Of a DNA stretch of 52,203 bases, positions 38,361 to 48,074 are shown one piece after another. The translations under genes were made by a program, and so were the position numbers. Source of the stretch: Candidatus Omnitrophota bacterium (lineage in GTDB: Bacteria; Omnitrophota; Gorgyraeia; Zapsychrales; Zapsychraceae); contig JADFZM010000002.1 in NCBI GenBank assembly GCA_015232535.1, forward strand, positions 1-52,203, read 5' to 3'. Under the pieces are notes generated by a model that was not told the origin of the DNA, did not search any database, and worked only from the letters and a program-made list of their open reading frames with translations. Within the stretch, counting starts at the first letter, position 1, and each line of letters opens with the position of its first letter.

Positions 38361-40725
38361 GGCCTGTTTTGAAAAAGTATTTTTGTTTTTTCAGCGGTTT
38401 AAAAGAACTGTTTTAATAATTTTGTGCTCGGCTATAGCCCTTTTTGCAATAGCAGCAACATGCATCCACTTTGATAATGATATTGTGAGCATGCTGCCTT
38501 CTGACCCCAAACTTCGACGAGATTTTGATCTTGTTCGGGGAAGTGCGTTTGCCGGTAAAGTTGTTCTTTCTTTTGAATTAAAATCTCCTGACAGATCTTT
38601 GGATGATTTGGTCCGCTATGTTGATACGGTTGTCCAGCGTCTTCCGGGGCCACTTGTAAACAAAGTTATTAAAGGGCCGGACCTTTCTCCGGATGAGCTG
38701 GTGAAGTTTGTTCAAATCGGCCCTCGCTTGATCGGTGAAAAAAGTTTAGAGGCTTTTTCCGGGCGAACATCGCCGAGTGCCATCGATGAAAGCCTGCGTT
38801 CAGTCCGTTCACGTTTGATCTCTTTTCAAGGGATGTTTATTAGCGGCATTGTGCAGGCTGATCCTCTTGGAATATTTTCGCAGGAGTTAACGGCTCTACA
38901 ACAACTAGCGGCTACTTTTGGACGTAATGTCACTTTTTACAATGACCACTTTGCTACGCAAGACGGTAAGCATCTGATGCTTATTCTTGAGACGCCAGTT
39001 CAGATTACAGACGCAGAGCGTTCAAAGGAATTAATATCTTATATTCAGGCATGCCTCAAAGATATTCCGTCTTATGCTCAGGCGGATATTATCGCCGGGC
39101 ACACGCATACAGTGGCTAATGAGTCTTTGATCAAGAGCGACATTGCTCGAACAGTAACGGTCGCGACGATTGCCTATTTGCTCGTTTTAATATGTTTCTT
39201 CAGGGATATGCGCGCGGCGATATTTTTTTTAATTCCTGCGTGTTCCGTTTTGGTTGCTTTGGTTTGTTCGGGGCTGATATTTGGCCGTATTTCGGCGTTT
39301 ATTGTAGCTTTGGCATCAGTCATTATCGGCATTTCAGATGATTACGGGATCCTTGTTTATACTGCTATTCGTACGGCTGGACGTCGGGATGTGGTTTCTT
39401 GCATGGCACGACCCATTGTCTTGGCAGCCTTATTCACGAGCGGGATATTTTTTGTATTCTTCTTTTCCAGTATCCCCGGATATCATCAACTTGCTTTTTT
39501 AACTATCATCAGCATTTGGCTGTGTGTTTTATTTGTTTTATTGATATTTCCTCATCTTGTTACGACGTCAGCGCTTCGTCTTCCCCGTGGCGTGGGGGAA
39601 GGCCCGACAAGCCCCAAAAAAGATAGGCAAAAGATTGTGGCTTGGATCATTCTTATCGTGATTTTATGCGTCGGTGCGCAACGTATGACTTTTAGTAGCG
39701 ATATTTCAACGTTAGACGGCGTTGATGCCAAGACCCGTGCCGGAGAGGAGAAATTCGAGGAGGTTTGGTTGGGACGATATAAACAAGGGATATTCGTTGT
39801 GACTGCTCCGACACTTGAAGAAGCACTTACGGTCAATCGAAGCGTTTATAATGATTCGGCTTCTTTTTCTAAACAGATTACCAGTATCGCGCCATTTATG
39901 TTGCCTGAGCAAGAACAGAAGAAAAATATTGCGGCTTGGCGGGTTTTTTGGCAAACAAAGAAAGGGCAGGATTTAAGAGATTCCGTTCAAGTAAGCGCTA
40001 TGCAAAATGGATTTTCACCCGATGCTTTTGCCTCATTTCTAGACTTAACCCAGCGCGATTCTTTTCCGAAGTTTGAGGACATTTCTTTCTTAAAACAAAT
40101 GTCAGAGCGATTTATTTCATCCCAAAAGGGTTTGGTTCGCGTATTAACGTTTTTTCCGGAAGAACCCGGCTATACAGTCCATTTTAATCGGTTGGCACAT
40201 AAATATCCCGGGTCATTTATTTTTTCACGAACAGAGTTTTCCCGGCGATTTAATTCAAGTATTAATCAAGAAGCGTTACGGCTGGCCGGGTATGCTGGAT
40301 TATTTTTGTGTTTTGTGGCGGCATTCTTTTTGCGCAGAATGCGGTTAATTTTAGCTGTTTTATCAGCTGCGGTTACGTGTATATTAGCTATAGCCGGTGT
40401 CTATGGATTCTTGGGGAAGCCGTTAACCGCTCCGGCCCTTGTGGCGATGATGATCGCTGTAGGCCTTTCGATAGATTATGGTGTATTTTTATTGTATTCT
40501 TTACAAAATAAGATCGATACGGGAACGGCCAAAGCTGTCAGTATTTCTGCTGCCACAACATTAACCGGTGCGCTTTCTTTGTTGGCAGCACATCATCCGG
40601 CGCTTTTTTCAATAGGTCTTTCTTTAAGCGTGGGTTTAGGCGTCGGATGGTTGTGTGCACAAATAATTATGCCGGCTTTATACAGACTTTATTGTTCGAA
40701 TGCTTGTGAGGCCAAGAATGAATAA
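38353..40725 (+). CDS. MMPL/RND-family lipid exporter
   Basis: Two TM bundles with large loops; GISDDYG and GLSIDYG motifs. Confidence 0.88.
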   Translation: MFEACFEKVFLFFQRFKRTVLIILCSAIALFAIAATCIHFDNDIVSMLPSDPKLRRDFDLVRGSAFAGKVVLSFELKSPDRSLDDLVRYVDTVVQRLPGPLVNKVIKGPDLSPDELVKFVQIGPRLIGEKSLEAFSGRTSPSAIDESLRSVRSRLISFQGMFISGIVQADPLGIFSQELTALQQLAATFGRNVTFYNDHFATQDGKHLMLILETPVQITDAERSKELISYIQACLKDIPSYAQADIIAGHTHTVANESLIKSDIARTVTVATIAYLLVLICFFRDMRAAIFFLIPACSVLVALVCSGLIFGRISAFIVALASVIIGISDDYGILVYTAIRTAGRRDVVSCMARPIVLAALFTSGIFFVFFFSSIPGYHQLAFLTIISIWLCVLFVLLIFPHLVTTSALRLPRGVGEGPTSPKKDRQKIVAWIILIVILCVGAQRMTFSSDISTLDGVDAKTRAGEEKFEEVWLGRYKQGIFVVTAPTLEEALTVNRSVYNDSASFSKQITSIAPFMLPEQEQKKNIAAWRVFWQTKKGQDLRDSVQVSAMQNGFSPDAFASFLDLTQRDSFPKFEDISFLKQMSERFISSQKGLVRVLTFFPEEPGYTVHFNRLAHKYPGSFIFSRTEFSRRFNSSINQEALRLAGYAGLFLCFVAAFFLRRMRLILAVLSAAVTCILAIAGVYGFLGKPLTAPALVAMMIAVGLSIDYGVFLLYSLQNKIDTGTAKAVSISAATTLTGALSLLAAHHPALFSIGLSLSVGLGVGWLCAQIIMPALYRLYCSNACEAKNE

Positions 40726-41383
40726 GAAGTTGTTTATAAGCACGATAAGTCTAGTTATTTTACTAATGGGTTGCGCTCACCTTCCCATAAGAAGTATATC
40801 CAGACAAGAAACGCAGGTAGTTTTAGACGATTTTCAAGTACGGCTGGGGGATAAATATGAAATTCTTAGTTCGGTTGTATTCAAGTATAAGTTTTTTACA
40901 TTATCGAGCTTAGGATTAACCTCTATCGACCTACCTAAGGACTATTTGGCAGTTGCTGGAATTACTCCGGCAGGTATCACTTTGTTTAAAATTGTTTCCG
41001 AGAAAGGGAAAATCATTCATTCGTTTGTTATCCCGGAATTAGAGAAACGTGGCGATGTTGCCAAAGCTGTGTCCGGAAATATTCGGGATATTTATTTTGA
41101 TTTAACTCCTGGCCAGCTTATATCCATGGTTTCCAAAGGTGATAAATTATATTTGAAAACCTTAGTTTCTGACGGGGCGCAGAATGAATATGTTTTTTCT
41201 GAGAAGGATAGAACGCTATTGGAAAAACGCCTTTACAAAAATGGCAAGCTTTCTTGGAACATATACTACAAAAATTGGTTTGCTGATTCTTCTGGTAAAA
41301 TTCATCCAAAAGATATTCGTTTATTGCATAGGGAGTATAAGTATCAGTTATTATTAAATCTCAAAGAGGCGAAGCCTCTATAG
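40718..41383 (+). CDS. Lipoprotein (DUF3261/LolB-like)
   Basis: LMGC lipobox; TPAGITLF; typical position in aryl-polyene-type clusters. Confidence 0.6.
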   Translation: MNKKLFISTISLVILLMGCAHLPIRSISRQETQVVLDDFQVRLGDKYEILSSVVFKYKFFTLSSLGLTSIDLPKDYLAVAGITPAGITLFKIVSEKGKIIHSFVIPELEKRGDVAKAVSGNIRDIYFDLTPGQLISMVSKGDKLYLKTLVSDGAQNEYVFSEKDRTLLEKRLYKNGKLSWNIYYKNWFADSSGKIHPKDIRLLHREYKYQLLLNLKEAKPL

Positions 41384-41398
41384 GCCCAAGGTTAAATT

Positions 41399-41773
41399 AT
41401 GTCTATATTATACAAAGAGATCAAAGAACTATTTAAGCAAGTCCATTGTCACAAGGATGGAAAAATAACTGCCGAGATAACTTTCCCCAAAAAGTTTACA
41501 GGGTTTAAGGGGCATTTCCCAAAGAACCCGGTCGTTCCCGGAGTATGCGAAATTATGAGCGTAATTGTGTTGTTAGAGCTAGCTTTTAAACAAAAAGCAA
41601 AATTAAAGACAATTAATTTGGCAAAATTTTTGGCGCCCGTTACTTGTCAGGAAAAAATAAACGTTGAGCTTCAGCGTGAAAATAAGAGCGGTGTCTTGGA
41701 ACGCGTTAAAGCGGTATTTATGTCAAAGAAAAGAAAAGTTGCCGAAATTCGAATCGAGGTTAATTATGAATGA
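41399..41773 (+). CDS. FabZ/ApeI-like 3-hydroxyacyl-ACP dehydratase
   Basis: FKGHFPKNPVVPGVC, KFLAPV. Confidence 0.85.
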   Translation: MSILYKEIKELFKQVHCHKDGKITAEITFPKKFTGFKGHFPKNPVVPGVCEIMSVIVLLELAFKQKAKLKTINLAKFLAPVTCQEKINVELQRENKSGVLERVKAVFMSKKRKVAEIRIEVNYE

Positions 41774-42269
41774 GCCTGTTTCTAAATCAACCCGTCGTAG
41801 CAAAGGATCATATTTTAATTCTCCAATAAACGTTTTGCCTGCGCTTAGCGCACAGGTCCGTTTGCGCGTAGCCTTCAGTGATGTTGACCCTATGGCTGTC
41901 GTCTGGCATGGGCGCTATGGACAGTATTGCGAAAAGGCTTATGCGGAACTGACACGCAGTTGTGGGATTTCATATCATGATTTTTTCCAAGCACGGCTTC
42001 GGGCGCCGATTGTTCAAGCCCATATGGACTACTATGAACCGTTATTGTTGGAAGAAGAATTCACTGTAACTGCCAATTTAATATGGTGCGAAGGGGCGCG
42101 AATGAATGTTGAATATGTTCTGGCTAAGACTGAAGGATCAATTGCGGCAACAGGATATACTGTACAGATGTTTACCGAACATACGGGGATACCATTGTTA
42201 ACAATTCCGCCGCTCATTGAAAAGTTACGTCAGCGTTGGCTAAAAGGAGAGTTTAAGTGCCTCCAATAA
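41766..42269 (+). CDS. Acyl-CoA/ACP thioesterase (4HBT family)
   Basis: VAFSDVDPMAVVWHGRY, GYTVQ. Confidence 0.85.
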   Translation: MNEPVSKSTRRSKGSYFNSPINVLPALSAQVRLRVAFSDVDPMAVVWHGRYGQYCEKAYAELTRSCGISYHDFFQARLRAPIVQAHMDYYEPLLLEEEFTVTANLIWCEGARMNVEYVLAKTEGSIAATGYTVQMFTEHTGIPLLTIPPLIEKLRQRWLKGEFKCLQ

Positions 42270-43387
42270 AAACTGTAGTCACAGCCTGTGATTTGGTAAC
42301 TGCCTATGGGGAGGGCGCTTTGTTTTGTTGGAATGGTATATTATCCTCTAAAAGCGCCATCGGCAAAGCGGAGCGGTTTTCTACGGCTTCATTTCAGAGC
42401 AGTAATGCAGCTACCGTGGCAGGGGTTAAATATTTAGGCGAGGAGTCTCTTGTGATTCAAATGTTTCTTTTGCTCTTTAATAGCAATAAGGCATTAATCC
42501 CTCACGATGCCCTGCTTGTTCTTGCTACTACTACGGGAGAAATAGATATATTAGAAAAGCAGGTTTTAGAAGGGGCTGGCGATGAGAAGGAGAGTAGGCT
42601 TGGTGTTCTATTGGAGAAAGTAAAGGCGCTTACCAAAGTTAAGGGAGAGGGCACGATTATTTCCAGCGCTTGTACCTCATCGATTGCTGCCCTTGGTTTT
42701 GCTTCAAGCCTGATTCAAAGCGGAAAACATGATTGTGTGTTAGTAGTTGCCGCTGACGCGGTGACGGAGTTTGTTTTTTCTGGATTCTCATCGCTTATGG
42801 CGCTTGACCCTGATAAGGCAAAACCATTTGATAAAAATAGGGCTGGTTTAAGCCTGGGCGAAGGCGCGGGATTTGTTTTACTCATGAGCCAATCGCGGGC
42901 ACAGCGGGAAGGCAGGACAACCTTAGGAGAAATAGCTGGCTGGGGAGTAGCAGGTGACGCCAATCATATGACGGGGCCATTGCGCGATGGCAGCGGTTTG
43001 AAGCTGGCAATACAAAAGGCCTTGCGCAGTGCCGAGTTATCCAGCGATGATGTGGGATGCATATCCAGCCATGGCACAGGGACAGTATACAATGATTCAA
43101 TGGAGATGAAGGCCTATAAGAGTGTTTTCGAGAATCGAGAGGTACCTCTTTACTCAATAAAAGGAGCCGTCGGGCACACCATGGGAGCATCCGGCTTAAT
43201 CGAAACTGTGATTGCTCTTCGGGTTTTAGAAGAAAATATTATTCCTCCCACGGTGGGATTAGCTGATGTTGATCCTGAGGCAAAAGATTGGGTTTCATTG
43301 GAAAAACGTACTTTAGAAAAGCGCGCTATCTTGCTTAACAACGCAGGATTCGGCGGAGTAAACGCGGCGCTGTTATTAAAACAATAA
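42257..43387 (+). CDS. Beta-ketoacyl-ACP synthase
   Basis: GTG start; SSACTSS, HGTGT, GHTMGA, GFGGVNAA. Confidence 0.9.
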   Translation: MPPIKTVVTACDLVTAYGEGALFCWNGILSSKSAIGKAERFSTASFQSSNAATVAGVKYLGEESLVIQMFLLLFNSNKALIPHDALLVLATTTGEIDILEKQVLEGAGDEKESRLGVLLEKVKALTKVKGEGTIISSACTSSIAALGFASSLIQSGKHDCVLVVAADAVTEFVFSGFSSLMALDPDKAKPFDKNRAGLSLGEGAGFVLLMSQSRAQREGRTTLGEIAGWGVAGDANHMTGPLRDGSGLKLAIQKALRSAELSSDDVGCISSHGTGTVYNDSMEMKAYKSVFENREVPLYSIKGAVGHTMGASGLIETVIALRVLEENIIPPTVGLADVDPEAKDWVSLEKRTLEKRAILLNNAGFGGVNAALLLKQ

Positions 43388-43401
43388 GGAAAGGAAATGG
43401 T

Positions 43402-43998
43402 ATGAAAAAGACAATTGTTTTATTAGTGTTGGCGGTATTGGCTAGCGGATGTGCTACTGTAAAATTGAAGGAGGACAAGACTTATTATACTAAGGCGAAT
43501 GTCTGGTATGAGAAGCCGAATGAAGTGTTAACCGTGTACCATAAAGGAGAGATTATTCCTGTAGGTACAAAAGTTACAGTGGTGAACGCTAGCGGTAGTT
43601 GTATAACATTTATTCCTGAATCAAACTCAAAGAAATATACTTTGGTCAATTCATCAAAATATAGCAATATAGGAATTGAAGAGTTTTTTAATCAGTATTT
43701 TTCTGAATCTGATGTAAAGGCCGAAGGAGGAGAGTTTTATAATTTTACAGAAGAAGAGAGAAAGAATATTGAAAATGGTATTATTGCTTCAGGAATGAGC
43801 AAAGAAGCGGTTTTAATGGCATATGGATATCCTCCCAGTCATCGTACTCCTGATACGCGTAGTAATCGTTGGGTCTACTGGATAAGTAAATTCAGGAATT
43901 TTGGTGTTGAATTCAAAGATAACAAAGCAATACTTGATGAGAAAAGCAATAGGCAGAAAGTTCAACAAGACAGCGTAGAGCCAGCAGAAAAGCCCTAA
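43402..43998 (+). CDS. Lipoprotein; an in-frame SHOCT-like domain lies beyond its stop codon
   Basis: LASGC lipobox; GMSKEAVLMAYGYPP. Confidence 0.75.
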   Translation: MKKTIVLLVLAVLASGCATVKLKEDKTYYTKANVWYEKPNEVLTVYHKGEIIPVGTKVTVVNASGSCITFIPESNSKKYTLVNSSKYSNIGIEEFFNQYFSESDVKAEGGEFYNFTEEERKNIENGIIASGMSKEAVLMAYGYPPSHRTPDTRSNRWVYWISKFRNFGVEFKDNKAILDEKSNRQKVQQDSVEPAEKP

Positions 43999-44103
43999 GG
44001 TTCTAATGCGGATGGACTTTTGGAATACAAGAAATTAATAGATACCGGCGCTATTACCCAAGAGGAATACGAACAGAAGAAAAGTCAGCTTTTAGGGTTA
44101 TAA
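43999..44103 (+). pseudogene. SHOCT-like domain cut off by an in-frame TAA
   Basis: Same frame as 43402: GSNADGLLEYKKLIDTGAITQEEYEQKKSQLLGL*. Confidence 0.7.
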
Positions 44104-44135
44104 GTATTCGCTCATATGGGATAAGAAGTCTATTT

Positions 44136-44178
44136 CAGGCTTCGGCGGAGTGAGCGGAGCGCTGGTATAAAACAGTAA
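44136..44178 (+). repeat. Degenerate copy of the ketosynthase 3' end (43344-43387)
   Basis: CAGGCTTCGGCGGAGTGAGCGGAGCGCTGGTAT-AAAACAGTAA vs CAGGATTCGGCGGAGTAAACGCGGCGCTGTTATTAAAACAATAA, 36/44 identical by hand. Confidence 0.75.
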
Positions 44179-44192
44179 AAAAGGAGGCGCAG

Positions 44193-44861
44193 ATGTCAAG
44201 GTTAGCAAAGTTTTATTTTTTGATTTCTTTTGTTTTGCTCAGTACCGGTTGCGCCACAAACCGTGGTTTTTTGGGCATAGATGTGCCTGCCGGAAGCCTG
44301 ACTGTACCTAATGGTAAGCAGGTGTATATTCGTTCGATTACTGATAACCGCCAATTCCAAGATAAGCCTTCAACCCCGGATATTCCTTCTTTAGGCTTCG
44401 ATAGCTTGAAAGAGGCCACGGCAGATATTAAAAACAGGGCTATGGCAAGAAAGCGTAATAGTTATGGAAAGGCTATGGGTGATATCCTGCTTGAAGAGGG
44501 GCAGAGCGTACAAGGCGTTATTTACCAGGCGACGAGGAATTCTTTATTTTCCCTTGGCTATGCTGTAGTCAGCAAGGAAGAAGAAGCAAGGCCTGATGCG
44601 ATCATATTGGATATCTCGATCGATAAATTCTGGGGTTGGCTTGAGCCGGGATTCTGGGCCATATCCCTGAAAAGCGAGATAACTACGACAAATACTATAA
44701 CCATGCCGAAACAGGACAGCCCAATCCTTATAAAGGCAACGGCAAAGAATACCTGTCAGGTAGGAAGTGAAGCCAACTGGAAAAAGGTTTTCAGGCTAGT
44801 AATTGATGATTTTATTGAGAAGGCCAAAATAGAGCTGAAGAATTTGGATACGAACAATTAA
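44193..44861 (+). CDS. Lipoprotein (YajG-like)
   Basis: STGC lipobox; ITDNRQF, RKRNSYGKAMGDI, IDKFW; AGGAGG RBS. Confidence 0.7.
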   Translation: MSRLAKFYFLISFVLLSTGCATNRGFLGIDVPAGSLTVPNGKQVYIRSITDNRQFQDKPSTPDIPSLGFDSLKEATADIKNRAMARKRNSYGKAMGDILLEEGQSVQGVIYQATRNSLFSLGYAVVSKEEEARPDAIILDISIDKFWGWLEPGFWAISLKSEITTTNTITMPKQDSPILIKATAKNTCQVGSEANWKKVFRLVIDDFIEKAKIELKNLDTNN

Positions 44862-44874
44862 ACAGAAGATTTCC

Positions 44875-45429
44875 ATGATAAAAGGACACGGTTGGATAAA
44901 AGAGGGGCAATGCGGCTGTAGCCAGAAAGGCCTTTTGTGGCAGTATACCGATCTGCGGTCATTATGCGCCGAGCTGCTTGAATGTGCCGTACTTGCTTAT
45001 CCTGTAGAAAATTTTGCCAGGTTTGATGCCGCTTCGCGTCTCGTTGCTATATCAGTGGCTTTGGCTTTAAATGACGCTAGTATCCCTTATTCCAAAGGGA
45101 AGAAACAGGATATTGGAATACTTGGCACGAATACTGACGGAGCGCTGGATTCAAATCTCTCCTACTTTCGAGATTATGTGGCAGCGGGAAGAAAACTTGG
45201 GCGGGGAAACTTTTTTATCTATACTTTGGCATCAAGCCCGTTGGCAGAATCGGCAATCCATTTCGGGTTGCAGGGGCCGGCATTTTATATGCGGAATTTG
45301 GAAAATCCGGAAGAAAATTTATTAGCCCAGGGTGAATTGATGGTACGAAATAAAGCAGCCCAAACTATATTGGCGGTTTCTTTTGGAACAAAAGAGGCTG
45401 CCTGTAAATGTATTCAAGAAACAATATGA
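44875..45429 (+). CDS. Truncated non-catalytic ketosynthase / chain-length-factor-like protein
   Basis: FARFDAASRL, FIYTLASSP, FGLQGP; no catalytic Cys. Confidence 0.75.
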   Translation: MIKGHGWIKEGQCGCSQKGLLWQYTDLRSLCAELLECAVLAYPVENFARFDAASRLVAISVALALNDASIPYSKGKKQDIGILGTNTDGALDSNLSYFRDYVAAGRKLGRGNFFIYTLASSPLAESAIHFGLQGPAFYMRNLENPEENLLAQGELMVRNKAAQTILAVSFGTKEAACKCIQETI

Positions 45430-46688
45430 AGGTAAAACTTATATATCCCAAATGGCCTAAACTTGCCTTTCAGCCTGAATTTAATTTGCCGCCTCATGGG
45501 CCTATCTGTTTCGCGGCTGCCTTGCCGCGGGACATTGACATTGTCTTTTGTGACGAGAACGTGGAAGATTTAACGATCGATCGGGACGAAGATCTGGTTT
45601 TTATTTCATGCATGTTGACTTGTCAGATCGCTCGCGGCTGGGAAATTGCTGACCAATACCGTGCTATTGGCAAGAAAGTTATTTTTGGCGGCATTGCAGT
45701 TATGTTACATTACGAAGAAACGTTGCCTCATGCGGACGCTGTTTTCTTAGGGGAAGCCGAAGGACACATTGGGAAAGTATTTCAAGATTTTGAGCGCGGC
45801 GCATTGAAGAAGATTTACAATTTTATGAATGATTACCCTGACACCGCATTGATTGGATCTGCCAGAAGAGATATCTTAAAACACGAGCTATATAATTTTC
45901 GTGGCGTGCAAATGGTGGACCTGGTTCATGCTTCGAGGGGATGTAAGTTTAATTGTTTTCCCTGCTGCACCCCTTTTTTAGGCGGAAGGAAATTTCGCCC
46001 TCGCCCAATTGATAAAGTTGTTGAAGAATTAAGAAGTATTCCTAACAATCGTCTCTTTTTGGTTGATAATTCATTGGCGCAAGATGATCAATGGGAAAAG
46101 GATCTTTTTCAAGCGATGATACCCTTGAAAAAGAAATGGGTGTCACATCCGATTAAAGATGACGATGAGATCCTAGATTTGGCAGTTAAGGCTGGATGTT
46201 GGTATGTATATCAGGCTATTTTTGATACATCAGATTATATAAGGCGGCGCGTAAAACGTCTTAAAGAAAGGGGAATCGGTGTTGAAGGGACAATTATTTT
46301 AGGAACTGACGATCATGATGAGGATTATATAAAGAGGCTCGTTGATTTTCTTCTGGATATCGATCTTGATTTGGCGGAATTTACTATTTTAACTCCATTT
46401 CCTCATTCTCCGATTCGTTCAAAGCTGGAAAAAGAGAATCGGATTATTCATAATGACTGGTCTCGGTATACCGCCGGAGAAGTTGTTTTTAAACCTGCGA
46501 AGATGACCGAAGAGGCTCTATCGAAAATGTATGAATACGCTTGGAAAACTTTTTATGCTAGCTGTTGTAAAGAGGTTAAGATGGCAAAACTTTATTTAAG
46601 TATTATGCAGCGGGAGAAACAGGACGGAACTTATCAACATGTGCGCTTACGTAATTCTCGAGGATGGGAGTCACCTGTTAAAAGATGA
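45426..46688 (+). CDS. Cobalamin-binding radical SAM protein
   Basis: DENVE, GGIA, GEAE, SRGCKFNCFPC, TPFPHSP. Confidence 0.88.
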   Translation: MKVKLIYPKWPKLAFQPEFNLPPHGPICFAAALPRDIDIVFCDENVEDLTIDRDEDLVFISCMLTCQIARGWEIADQYRAIGKKVIFGGIAVMLHYEETLPHADAVFLGEAEGHIGKVFQDFERGALKKIYNFMNDYPDTALIGSARRDILKHELYNFRGVQMVDLVHASRGCKFNCFPCCTPFLGGRKFRPRPIDKVVEELRSIPNNRLFLVDNSLAQDDQWEKDLFQAMIPLKKKWVSHPIKDDDEILDLAVKAGCWYVYQAIFDTSDYIRRRVKRLKERGIGVEGTIILGTDDHDEDYIKRLVDFLLDIDLDLAEFTILTPFPHSPIRSKLEKENRIIHNDWSRYTAGEVVFKPAKMTEEALSKMYEYAWKTFYASCCKEVKMAKLYLSIMQREKQDGTYQHVRLRNSRGWESPVKR

Positions 46689-48061
46689 AAATTGTTCTTA
46701 TTTCTGCTAATACCGCCCAAACACCTTATCCGGTGTATCCTCTTGGCATGGGAATTGTTGCCAAGGCTCTCCTGGACGCAGGGCACCAGGTCGTGCAATT
46801 CGATTTTCTTCATTCCGGCCAGTCGTTTGAGAAATTAACTCAAGTTTTACTATCACAGATGCCGGATCTTGTTGGGATATCTATCCGTAATATTGATAAT
46901 GTGAATTTGGCCAGTGAACAGCATTATATAGGCACCGTTCGCCAGATTGTCCTAGCGGTACGTTCTTCAGTAAAAGTACCGATTGTTTTAGGCGGTGCCG
47001 GTTTTTCCATTATGCCGGAAACTATTCTTGATGCTGTCGGAGCAGATTATGGGATTGTCGGAGAATCTGAGTCCGCGGTTGTTGATTTCGTGGCGGACAT
47101 AGAGGGTGGGAAACGTCCTGATAGATGTATTCGAGCTCATAATTTAGTCGCACCTAAGAACATTGGCAGCGCTCAGTATGATTCGGATATCATAAAATTT
47201 TATCTTAAATATGGCAATATGGTTGGCATGCAGACAAAGCGCGGATGCATTCATAAATGTGTTTATTGCACATATCCGCTACTTGAAGGGAGAATTTTCC
47301 GGCCCCGTCCAGCTGTCGATGTTGTGGACGACATTGAAGTATTGATTAAAGACCATCATGCCGGGTATATTGTTTTTACTGATTCTATATTTAATGACGA
47401 CCAAGGGCTTTTTTTGAATGTTTTACATGAAATGAAACGTCGTAGGTTATCGGTGCCATGGACCGGATTTATAAAGCCAGGCAATATTCTTGAAGAGCAT
47501 GTGCTTTTGATGAAAGAAACTGGTCTTAAGGCGGTCGAAATAGGTTCGGATGCGGCATCAGATATTGCGTTAAAAGGGATTGGAAAAGATTTTCTTTTTA
47601 AGGATATCATATCGGCTAATGATATTTTTGTCAGAAACGGTGTAGCCACAGCACATTTTTTTATGTTTGGCGGCCCCGGGGAAACGAAAGATTCCGTGAT
47701 GGAAGGAATCGAAAATATTATTGCGCTTCCGGGGACAGTTTCTTTTATGTTCATGGGGATTCGTATTTTGCCGGAAACTCCTTTGGAAAAAATTGCGTTA
47801 AGGGACGGGGTAATTGAGCCGGGACGGGACTTGTTAGAATCCGTTTATTATATTTCTCCGGCTCTTGACCGACAATGGCTTGAGAAGACCATGCTAGAGG
47901 GTTTTAAAGACCATCGATGTTGTTTCTTTCCGGCGGATAAATTTGAATCAAGCATAAAATTTCTTCATCAGATGGGATATTCGGGGTCTTTGTGGGAAAT
48001 GTTGTCACCGAACAAAATGCGAAGATCGCAAAGATCGATTCATCCTATGCAAAAAGGATAG
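46685..48061 (+). CDS. Lipid-biosynthesis B12-binding/radical SAM protein
   Basis: PYPVYPLG, SIRNIDNVN, KRGCIHKCVYCTYP, FGGPGET, GIRILP. Confidence 0.85.
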   Translation: MKIVLISANTAQTPYPVYPLGMGIVAKALLDAGHQVVQFDFLHSGQSFEKLTQVLLSQMPDLVGISIRNIDNVNLASEQHYIGTVRQIVLAVRSSVKVPIVLGGAGFSIMPETILDAVGADYGIVGESESAVVDFVADIEGGKRPDRCIRAHNLVAPKNIGSAQYDSDIIKFYLKYGNMVGMQTKRGCIHKCVYCTYPLLEGRIFRPRPAVDVVDDIEVLIKDHHAGYIVFTDSIFNDDQGLFLNVLHEMKRRRLSVPWTGFIKPGNILEEHVLLMKETGLKAVEIGSDAASDIALKGIGKDFLFKDIISANDIFVRNGVATAHFFMFGGPGETKDSVMEGIENIIALPGTVSFMFMGIRILPETPLEKIALRDGVIEPGRDLLESVYYISPALDRQWLEKTMLEGFKDHRCCFFPADKFESSIKFLHQMGYSGSLWEMLSPNKMRRSQRSIHPMQKG

Positions 48062-48074
48062 ATAATTTATAAAA

